From Halorhodospira halophila SL1 (GTDB lineage: Bacteria > Pseudomonadota > Gammaproteobacteria > Nitrococcales > Halorhodospiraceae), in assembly GCF_000015585.1 (NCBI RefSeq), contig NC_008789.1, positions 720,001 through 752,000 of the forward strand: 32,000 nucleotides of DNA, read 5' to 3'. Within the stretch, counting starts at the first letter, position 1; every line of letters starts with the position of its first letter. The position numbers and the translations under genes are program-made. Positions 1 to 6,837 of the stretch are shown piece by piece. The notes below the pieces were generated by a model that worked only from the letters and a program-made list of their open reading frames with translations, was not told where the DNA came from and did not search any database.

Positions 1-382
1 TGGTCTCACCCTGCCAGGGGTGGTAGAGGCAGTAGATCCGCGCGAAAGCCTCATCCCCCGTTTCGGCGTAGAGCTCACGCAGAATGCGTAAACGGGTATT
101 GCCGCCGGCACAGGTGATGTAATGCTCATCCCCTGGCCGGCGGGTCACATCCAGGCTGTTGTTGAGCCCGCGCTGCGCAGCAATCGACTGCTTAATCTCC
201 TCGTAACGGGGATTCTCCAGGCGGCGCGGGTTGTCCTCGTACTCAACCACCTGGTCGATGGAAAGCACCATCTGGGTCACCGTGACCGGGTCACCCGGTC
301 GGTCCAGGGACTGCTCCCGGTTGCCGTAGTGCCCCTGCCACAGACCCTGACGGACCTTCTCGGTCAGGCCGCGTTTTGCCAT
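1..382 (-). CDS. ParB-family protein, ICE-type, N-terminal 127 codons only (3' part off window)
   Basis: Absent from the ORF track because it runs off the edge. Hand translation from ATG (382-380) is open down to base 2: MAKRGLTEKVRQGLWQGHYGNREQSLDRPGDPVTVTQMVLSIDQVVEYEDNPRRLENPRYEEIKQSIAAQRGLNNSLDVTRRPGDEHYITCAGGNTRLRILRELYAETGDEAFARIYCLYHPWQGET. The ParB N-terminal domain pattern (YEDNPR, RRPG..Y....GGNTRL) is as I recall for PFGI-1-class ICE ParB proteins. It starts 36 nt after the parA stop. Confidence 0.7.
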   Translation of the reverse strand, partial: MAKRGLTEKVRQGLWQGHYGNREQSLDRPGDPVTVTQMVLSIDQVVEYEDNPRRLENPRYEEIKQSIAAQRGLNNSLDVTRRPGDEHYITCAGGNTRLRILRELYAETGDEAFARIYCLYHPWQGET

Positions 383-418
383 ATGCGTCTCCGGCGCTCT
401 GAGCTGCGCTCTTGCTGG

Positions 419-1240
419 TTAGGCCGAGTCGAGATGCGGGAACAGCTCTTGCGTAAGAGCTCGCATGGTCTCGAGCGCTGAAGGGGTCGGCCCTTCCCGC
501 CTTGGCTCCCAGCGATGCGCCGGGATCTGTCGGGTCGCCGCCTCCCGGTAGGCCACGGTCGCCGGCACTGCGGTTTCCAGGATCGTGATCTGCCCCTTAC
601 TCGGCTCGTAAGTCTCTCGACGCAGCTCGTGCGCAATGGCCCGGGCGTCGGCCGTACGATCCATGCGGTAGAGCAGTCCCCGCAGCGGGGCAATCGGTGC
701 GCCAAGTGCCGCCATGGGCTTGAGGCGATCGATCATGCCGAGCGTGCCGCGGGCGAACTCACGCGCTGAAAGGATCTCGGGTGGAATCGGGGACAGGAGC
801 ATGTCCGCCGAGAGGACTGCAGCGTCCTGCAGTGGGCCGACGGCACCCTGCGTGTCGATCAGCACGACGTCGTAGATGTCGTCGTACTCGCTCAGGATGT
901 GCCGAAGCCGAACCCGGCCGTCCGGGGTGTGCAGGATCCAATTCTGCAGGGCACCGTCCGGATCATCACTGAGAACCAGGTCGAGCAGCCCGCCCTCGTC
1001 GCCATCGATCTTGGTGGTGCTGACGGTGCTCCCGGTCTCGCCTTCGGTGATGAGTGCCGTTAGCCCCCTGGGGGATGGCGGGTCGTGAATGGGGAAATAG
1101 CTGGAAAGTGTTGGTTGAACGTCTGCATCGACGAGCAGCACGCGCTGCCCCAGATCGGCCAGATAGGCGCCCAGATTGGCGGTGACGGTCGTCTTGCCGA
1201 CGCCCCCTTTGGTGGAGCAGACGCAGAGTTTGATTGCCAT
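419..1240 (-). CDS. parA: ParA/Soj-family partition ATPase (ICE-type)
   Basis: 273 aa. Deviant Walker A CSTKGGVGKTT, LLVDADVQ, VVLIDTQG. ATG preceded by GGAGGGGAAG. Confidence 0.9.
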   Translation of the reverse strand: MAIKLCVCSTKGGVGKTTVTANLGAYLADLGQRVLLVDADVQPTLSSYFPIHDPPSPRGLTALITEGETGSTVSTTKIDGDEGGLLDLVLSDDPDGALQNWILHTPDGRVRLRHILSEYDDIYDVVLIDTQGAVGPLQDAAVLSADMLLSPIPPEILSAREFARGTLGMIDRLKPMAALGAPIAPLRGLLYRMDRTADARAIAHELRRETYEPSKGQITILETAVPATVAYREAATRQIPAHRWEPRREGPTPSALETMRALTQELFPHLDSA

Positions 1241-1362
1241 GGTGCTTCCCCTCCGCTTGGACCCAAACGGAGGGAATGCATCACCAGCCTAAAAGAGCTA
1301 AGACGATCAGAGCAGAACGCGGTACTTCGTGCGCAATGCCGTCATTTTGTCAACATTTCGAC

Positions 1363-1412
1363 GCCGACTCTTAATCAGTAGGTTGAAGGTTCGAGTCCTT
1401 CGCGGCCCACCA
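1363..1412 (+). other. 3' fragment of tRNA-Lys(CUU), anticodon arm to CCA; putative att direct repeat
   Basis: GCCGA-CTCTTAA-TCAGT (anticodon CTT at 1370-1372), variable AGGTT, T arm GAAGG-TTCGAGT-CCTTC, acceptor 3' strand GCGGCCC, then ACCA. Upstream sequence has no D arm and no 5' acceptor strand (GGGCCGC). One mismatch in the anticodon stem suggests identity starts near 1366. Confidence 0.7.
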
Positions 1413-1465
1413 GACAACTACCCGCAGCCATCATCGGTATGCGAAGGTAGGTCCGAGCCAGGGGC

Positions 1466-1527
1466 GAGCCCGCTTTCCTTCCCCGTTGGCGGGCTCCGAA
1501 GGGGCCGGTGCTGGATCCACCGGCCCT
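1466..1527 (+). terminator. Two GC-rich hairpins downstream of the tRNA fragment (possible original tRNA-Lys terminator)
   Basis: GAGCCCGC(1466-1473)/GCGGGCTC(1489-1496) and GGGCCGGTG(1502-1510)/CACCGGCCC(1518-1526) followed by TTCT. No strong T run. Confidence 0.3.
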
Positions 1528-1700
1528 TCTCCCACTTCCTTGTAGACCCCTGGGGCTAAGACGCCTCGGCGTTCATCCTGGCTTCACCCGGTCTCGGTAA
1601 GATGCACCTCCCCCGTTGTACCGACTACGGCGCACCCCAATGCACCGCAGCTCCCTCAGCGTTACCTCAACACATGACTAAGCGCTTCCCGGCACTCTAG

Positions 1701-2060
1701 TCAAGTATCGACATCCTGTGAACGGTCGCGACCCGGACCTCGATGCGGACTGCGCGGGTCCGGCAGACTGTCGACCAACCGATGCAACTGGCCCAGATCG
1801 GGTTCCAAGTACTGCATCGTCGTCATCAGGCTGCTATGCCCTAAGAGCTGTTGCAACCCGCGCAGGTCCGGCTGCGGTTGCGCAGCGATCTCGCTCGCGC
1901 ATGTGTGGCGGAGCCGATGGCCTCGTACCACTGAGCCATGAGCAGCTGACTGGCGATCACCGTCGAGCGGCGGCGGTACTCGCCGATATAGCACCTCCTC
2001 GCCCCCCAGCTCCTGGCTGCGCCGGTTCTTTGTCGGCGGCCGTACCACGACGCACATGAT
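1701..2060 (-). pseudogene. Tyrosine recombinase/integrase remnant, C-terminal catalytic part only
   Basis: Within ORF 1701..2195: ...HRLRHTCASEIAAQPQPDLRGLQQLLGHSSLMTTMQYLE matches the HxLRHT...LLGHSS..TT..Y box II region with the catalytic Tyr. The N-terminal two-thirds is missing, including the Arg I region. The ORF upstream part overlaps the helicase 3' end and is not recombinase-like. Confidence 0.6.
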
Positions 2061-2125
2061 CATACGTTCGAGCACAGCGCTGCTGATCCTGCGCTCGCGT
2101 CTTGATTCGAAGGTGCGTTCGCCCT

Positions 2126-4185
2126 TTAGCCGTCGATGAACGGACTCGGCTCGCCCCGATACGTCAACGCCAGGCGGTGCATAGCCCGCGTGCACGCCAC
2201 ATAGAGGAGCTTGCGATCCATCTCGCTGGCGTAGTTCTGCGCGCTGGCGTGCGGGACAATCACACGGTCGAACTCCAGCCCCTTGGACAAGGGGACCGTG
2301 CAGACCACGATGCCCGTGGAGAAGACCTCGCTGGCCTCATCGAGGAGGCGTACGTCGGTCATCGACTCGGGCAAGGCCCGGAAAATGGCGCGCGCCTGCT
2401 TCGGAGTCTTGGTCAGGATGGCCAACGCGTTGTGCTCCGAAACTCGGAACGCCTCTATGAATTCGGCGACTTTCGCCACCTCTTCCTTATGGCTGCGGCA
2501 ACGGATGGTCTGCGGGGGTTCTCCGTGGCGCTCCATGGCCTCGAGATCCGGATCGGGCTGGATCCGCTGGGCGAACTGCATGATCTCGTAGGTGGAACGG
2601 TAGCTCTTGGTCAGCGTCACCCGCAGGGCCTGGCGGAGCGTCGCCTGGATCTCCGCAGCGCTTGAGCTGTTGTACGGGTTGACCATCTGGTTGACGTCCC
2701 CGAGGACCGTTTTCGGGCAGCGGAACAAGCGGGCGAGCACGGCATACTGCACCGGGGTGTAGTCCTGCATCTCGTCGATGAGCAGGTGCTTGATGCCTCG
2801 ATAGTACCGGGGCACGCCCTCAAGCCGCATCTTGAGGTAGATCAGCGGAAAGACGTCGGCGTACTCCAGCCGTCCGCGCTTGGCCGTGCGGAAGAGTTCC
2901 GGCCGACCCAGCCAGTCAAAGAACGCCTGGTAAGCCTGCCGGGGCGTGGAGCGATGAACCATGCCCTTGATGCGCTCGCGCAGCTCGCGGCGCTCATCGG
3001 GGCGCAGATCGTAGTTGTAATCGATGCCGAGGCGCTGCTCCATTTCGCGGGCCACTTGGCGCACCCGCTCCGTCGTACCCTTATCGGGGTGTTTGCGGTA
3101 GGCCCGCTCTAACTCTTCAGCTCGCACCCAGCACCCCCCGATCCGGATCGCCTCGGGCTGGAACTAGGCACGCTCTAGTTCAGCCGCATAGGTGTCGAGC
3201 TGTTCGAGGAACGCATCCGAGGCCTTGAAGGCCAACCGCTCTCGCATCGCCTCGTCGCCCCGCTCCAGGAGTTCCGTGGTCTGCTCAAGGAAACTCTGGA
3301 AGCGATACTTCCCCTCTAGGAGCTCGTCGGCGAGGCTCTCCATGCCGATCTGGTGCACCGCCTCCTCGCCGAGTTCCGGGAGGACGTCGGCGATATAGTC
3401 CGAGAAGACCCGGTTCGGCGAGAGGATCAGGATATCGTCGGACGAGAGGCTATCGCGGTAGCGATAGAGCAGGTAGGCGATCCGGTGCAGGGCGATAGAC
3501 GTCTTCCCGGAGCCGGCCACACCCTGAATCACCAGGATATGCGCGTCGTCGTTGCGGATGACCGCGTTCTGATCCCGCTGGATTGTGGCAACGATATTGC
3601 GCATGCCCTCATCGGCCGAACGAGCGAGTTCTTCCTGGAGGACGTCGTCGACGATATTGACCGAGCTGTCGATCATCAGCTCGATCGAGCGGTAGCGGAT
3701 CCGGAACTGGCGCTTGAGGGCAATCTCGCCTGTAATCTCACCCTCGGGCGCCTCGTAGCGCGCCGCCCCGGTTTCATAGTCGTAGAACAATCCGGCGATC
3801 GGCGCGCGCCAGTCGTGGACGACCTGCTCCTGGGCGTGATCGTCGTAGAAATTGCGGATACCGATGTAGATGGCTTCCGGCGCTTCGGCGCTCGCCGGAT
3901 GGAAATCGATACGGCCGAAATAGGGGGACCGGGGGACCGCTGTACCTTGAGCAGATTGTCCCGGCGCTCCAGTGTCGCCTCGCCAACCATGGCCGACTGA
4001 TTAATCGCCTGGCGGGTCGAGACCTTTTCGGCGTGGTCCATCTCGGCGCGGCTTTCCCAGAGATAGCTCTTCTGCTGCTGGATCTCTCGGGCGTAGGAAG
4101 ACAGCCGGGCCTCAATGACCTGCAGGGCCCGCTGAAGTCGATCCTGGACCGCGTCGAGGTGGGCCTGCTCTGCATTGTTGGTCAT
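2126..4185 (-). pseudogene. HelD/helicase IV-like UvrD-family helicase, disrupted by an 8-bp tandem duplication and an in-frame TAG
   Basis: Three track ORFs (part of 3676..4326, 3164..3790, 2126..3127) are pieces of one gene. The pieces are: MTNNAEQAHLD...KVQRSP / (P)YFGRIDFHPASAEAPEAIYIG...GVAGSGKTS (Walker A) ...LERA-TAG-FQPEAIRIGGCWVRAEEL...LLIDEMQDY...KSYRST...GLEFD.VIV...LYVACTRAMHRL. The duplication GGGGGACC GGGGGACC is at 3923-3938. TAG at 3164-3166 is in the same frame as both flanking ORFs. Confidence 0.85.
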
Positions 4186-4418
4186 GGAACCCGCTCCATC
4201 TCTATCGCCACCAAGGACCGTAAGGGCGTGCGTACCCCGGCGCACGCCGACATCGAAGCCCACGGATAGGCTGCGGATTATACGAAGGGTACCCGGGTGC
4301 GTCAGCCCGAGCGGTGGGTCCAGCAACAGAATCCGCCCATTTTGACGCCGTGAATCGGCCTCACCACGCTCCCTCCACCCATCGATTGGTGACTTGTTCC
4401 TTGCGTGACAGGCACTTT

Positions 4419-4541
4419 GCCCAACTCGACGAGCTGCCCGCCGGACAGGAGACCGTCGCCTACTGCCGGGGCCGCTAATGCGCCCAATCCGTCGACGCCG
4501 TCTGTCAGCTGCGCAACCAGGGCGGCCAACCTACCGCCTTT
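4419..4541 (+). pseudogene. Degenerate duplicate of the 3' end of the ArsR-rhodanese gene (rhodanese active-site region)
   Basis: Hand alignment with 6506-6628 shows roughly 85 percent identity. It translates as ...AQLDELPAGQETVAYCRGR*CAQSVDAVCQLRNQGGQPTAF* versus the intact ...AHLDELPAGREIVAYCRGPYCALSIDAVRQLRTRGRQAYRL. In-frame TAA at 4476-4478 and a 1-nt gap near 4526. Confidence 0.75.
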
Positions 4542-4569
4542 TGACACCGCGAGCCAGCGCGACTATGCT
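4541..4569 (+). promoter_or_regulatory. Candidate sigma70 promoter of the oxidoreductase/ArsR-rhodanese operon
   Basis: TTGACA (4541-4546), 17-nt spacer, TATGCT (4564-4569). It lies about 57 nt upstream of the ATG at 4626. An unusually AT-rich tract (4570-4606) follows, then AAGGGG as RBS. Confidence 0.45.
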
Positions 4570-4625
4570 CAACATATCTATTGATTTGAATCTTGTTATA
4601 TTGGAGCGACTCAAAGGGGTAACCC

Positions 4626-6014
4626 ATGACCGATCTCGACACCGATGTTGCCATCATCGGCGCGGGGAGCGCCGGATTGCGCGCCTACCGCAGCGCCGCC
4701 GCCCATACCAACCGCGTGCTGCTGATTGAAGGCGGTCAGTACGGGACCACCTGCGCCAGCGTCGGTTGCATGCCCAGCAAGCTGCTCATTGCCGCCGCCG
4801 ACGCCGCCCACAGGGCCCATGACGCCGCTGGCTTCGGCATCCACGCCGGCTCGGTCGAGGTCAACGGCGCCGAGGTCATGGAGCGGGTCCGAAGCCTGCG
4901 CGATAAGTTCGTCAGCGGTGTCGTCGCCAACACCGAGAAGATCCCCGCCGAGCGACGGATCCACGGCTACGCCCGATTCGAGGATGCCCGGACCCTCCGC
5001 CTCGACGACGGCCGCCGGATCCGCGCCCAGCGTACCGTGATTGCCACCGGCTCCCGCCCCAACGTCCTGCCGATGTTCGACGGCCTCGGGGACCGCGCGG
5101 TGGTCAACGACGACCTCTTCCGCTGGACGGATCTGCCCGAATCGGTGGTCGTCTTCGGCCCCGGGGTGATCGGCATGGAGCTCGGCCAGGCCCTCCACCG
5201 GCTCGGTGTCCGGGTGCGCATTTTCGGCATCGGCGGCTTCCTTGGACCGCTCACCGACCCGCGCGTCAAGGACGCCGCGGAGGAGATCTTCGGCGACGAG
5301 CTGGCTCTCGACACCGACGCCCAGGTCGAATCCCTGGAGCGCGAGGGCAATGAGGTGGTGGTCCGCTTCCGCGATCAGAGCGGCGCGCTTGTAGAGGAGC
5401 GCTTCGAGTACCTGCTCGCCGCCACCGGCCGGCGGCCCAACGTCGATAACCTCGGCCTGGAGACCACGGGGATCACCATCGACGACACTGGGGTGCCCGT
5501 CTTCGACCACTCCACCATGCAGTGCGGCGATCAGCCGATCTTCATCGCCGGGGACGCCAACAACGAATCCCCGGTCATGCCGGACGCCTTCGATGAGGGG
5601 GAGATCGCCGGCACCAACGCCGGCCGCTACCCGGACGTCCAGCCCGGGCGGCGCCACTGCTCCATGAGCATTGTGTTCACCGAACCGCAGATGGCCCTGG
5701 TCGGGACCCGCTACGCCGATCTGCCCAAGGATGATTACGCTATCGGGGAATTCGACTTCTCCGGGCAGCCCCGGGCCATCGTGATGCGCGAGAACCACGG
5801 TCTCATACGCCTCTACGGCCGGCCGTCGGACGGCACCTTCCTCGGCGGCGAGGTCCTGGGCCCGCGCGCCGAGCACCTCGGACACCTACTCGCCTGGGCC
5901 ACCGATGCCGCCATGACCGTTGACCGCATGCTCGACCTGCCCTACTACCACCCGGTCCTGGAGACGGGCATCCGCAACGCCCTCCACGACCTGAAGCACA
6001 AGATGAGAGCGTGA
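4626..6014 (+). CDS. Class I pyridine nucleotide-disulfide oxidoreductase (dihydrolipoamide dehydrogenase/glutathione reductase superfamily)
   Basis: 462 aa. FAD fold VAIIGAGSAG, redox-active disulfide GTTCASVGCMPSK (CxxxxC), NAD(P) fold VVVFGPGVIGMELG, C-terminal dimerisation motif YYHPVLETG retaining His...Glu. Confidence 0.9.
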   Translation: MTDLDTDVAIIGAGSAGLRAYRSAAAHTNRVLLIEGGQYGTTCASVGCMPSKLLIAAADAAHRAHDAAGFGIHAGSVEVNGAEVMERVRSLRDKFVSGVVANTEKIPAERRIHGYARFEDARTLRLDDGRRIRAQRTVIATGSRPNVLPMFDGLGDRAVVNDDLFRWTDLPESVVVFGPGVIGMELGQALHRLGVRVRIFGIGGFLGPLTDPRVKDAAEEIFGDELALDTDAQVESLEREGNEVVVRFRDQSGALVEERFEYLLAATGRRPNVDNLGLETTGITIDDTGVPVFDHSTMQCGDQPIFIAGDANNESPVMPDAFDEGEIAGTNAGRYPDVQPGRRHCSMSIVFTEPQMALVGTRYADLPKDDYAIGEFDFSGQPRAIVMRENHGLIRLYGRPSDGTFLGGEVLGPRAEHLGHLLAWATDAAMTVDRMLDLPYYHPVLETGIRNALHDLKHKMRA

Positions 6015-6676
6015 TCGCCATGGCCGAACCCATCAATCAACGCAAGCTGCTCGAGCAACTCGCCGGGATCGGCAAGGCCCTGGGCCACGCCTACCGGCTC
6101 GAACTCCTGGAGTTGCTGGCCCAACGCGAGCGCAATGTGGATGAGCTCACGCGCCTAACCGGCATCCCGTTGGCCAGTGTCTCCCAGCACCTGCAGCAGC
6201 TCCGGCGCACGGGGATGATCTCGGCACGCAAAGAGGGGACGCGGGTCTACTACACGCTGGCCGACGAGCAGGTCACCGCCCTGCTCGGGATGCTGCGCGA
6301 GGTCGCTGAGCGCAACATCGCCGAGGTGCGACGCATGACCGAGCAGTACTCCCACGACAGCGAGGCGCTGGATGCCATTGGCTCCGAGGAACTGCTCGAG
6401 CGGCTGCGCGCCGGCATGGTCACCCTGATCGACGTCCGCCCGCCGGAGGAGTTCGCCGCTGGTCACCTGCCCGGGGCCATCAATATCCCGGCCGAGGAAC
6501 TCGAGGCCCACCTCGACGAGCTACCCGCCGGACGGGAGATCGTCGCCTATTGCCGGGGCCCCTACTGCGCCCTCTCCATCGACGCCGTCCGTCAGCTGCG
6601 CACCCGGGGCCGTCAGGCCTACCGCCTTGCTCGGGGCTTCCCGGAGTGGAAGGCGCAGGGGTTGCCCGTGCAGTAG
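6011..6676 (+). CDS. ArsR/SmtB-family HTH regulator fused to a C-terminal rhodanese domain
   Basis: 221 aa. HTH: AYRLELLELLAQRERNVDELTRLTGIPLASVSQHLQQLRRTGMISARKEGTRVYYTL. Rhodanese: LIDVRPPEEFAAGHLPGAINIP...IVAYCRGPYCALS. The GTG at 6011 overlaps the upstream stop (GTGA); ATG at 6020 is an alternative start. Confidence 0.9.
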   Translation: MIAMAEPINQRKLLEQLAGIGKALGHAYRLELLELLAQRERNVDELTRLTGIPLASVSQHLQQLRRTGMISARKEGTRVYYTLADEQVTALLGMLREVAERNIAEVRRMTEQYSHDSEALDAIGSEELLERLRAGMVTLIDVRPPEEFAAGHLPGAINIPAEELEAHLDELPAGREIVAYCRGPYCALSIDAVRQLRTRGRQAYRLARGFPEWKAQGLPVQ

Positions 6677-6738
6677 CCCGCCTTACCCGCTGAAGGAAGG
6701 ATCCCCGCTCGACACCGCCCGCGTATACGCCCCGTTCA

Positions 6739-6758
6739 GCGGAGAGGCCCCTCTCCGC
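6739..6758 (+). terminator. GC hairpin after the ArsR-rhodanese gene (weak terminator candidate)
   Basis: GCGGAGAG-GCCC-CTCTCCGC, with no T run. Confidence 0.25.
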
Positions 6759-6837
6759 CCCAGCCCCGCACGTCGGCTAGCCAAGACACGCCGGCCACCA
6801 CGACAATACCCCGGAAAACGGCCGGAACCGATTCGAG

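Larger units (their letters stand above)
1..1412. mobile_element. Terminal segment of an integrative (conjugative) element continuing off the left edge; ends at a tRNA-Lys 3' repeat
   Basis: A ParA/ParB-like pair of the type found at the end of PAPI-1/ICEclc/PFGI-1-class ICEs reads inward from the boundary. A 3' tRNA-Lys fragment sits 123 nt beyond the parA start. No conjugation genes or integrase are visible in this window, so the ICE assignment is an inference. Confidence 0.55.

Noticed and set aside
1241-1362. parA promoter inside the element end
   Set aside because: A TTGACA is present on the minus strand (1353-1348), but no acceptable -10 follows at 16-18 nt. It is left uncalled.
1338-1412. 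Possible full-length tRNA gene
   Set aside because: Only the anticodon arm through the CCA end can be folded. The preceding ~25 nt (gcgcaatgccgtcattttgtcaacatttcgac) have no D arm and no GGGCCGC 5' acceptor strand. It is therefore a 3' fragment, not a gene.
3164-3166. In-frame TAG in the helicase as programmed recoding or read-through
   Set aside because: The same gene also carries a frameshifting 8-bp duplication. No recoding signals or pyrrolysine machinery are evident, so plain nonsense decay is the simpler reading.
4302-4547. 81-aa minus-strand ORF, and plus-strand ORF 4478..4729
   Set aside because: Both overlap the rhodanese remnant and the promoter region. The similarity to 6506-6628 explains the sequence better than a new small gene does.
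4570-4610. ArsR-type 12-2-12 operator dyad in the AT-rich leader
   Set aside because: I could only find a 4-2-4 palindrome (GATT TG AATC) and vague ATAT...ATAT symmetry. That is not enough to call a defined operator, so only the AT-richness is reported.
4611-5885. 424-aa ORF on the minus strand
   Set aside because: It is antisense to the disulfide oxidoreductase, whose FAD, CxxxxC and NAD motifs identify the real frame.
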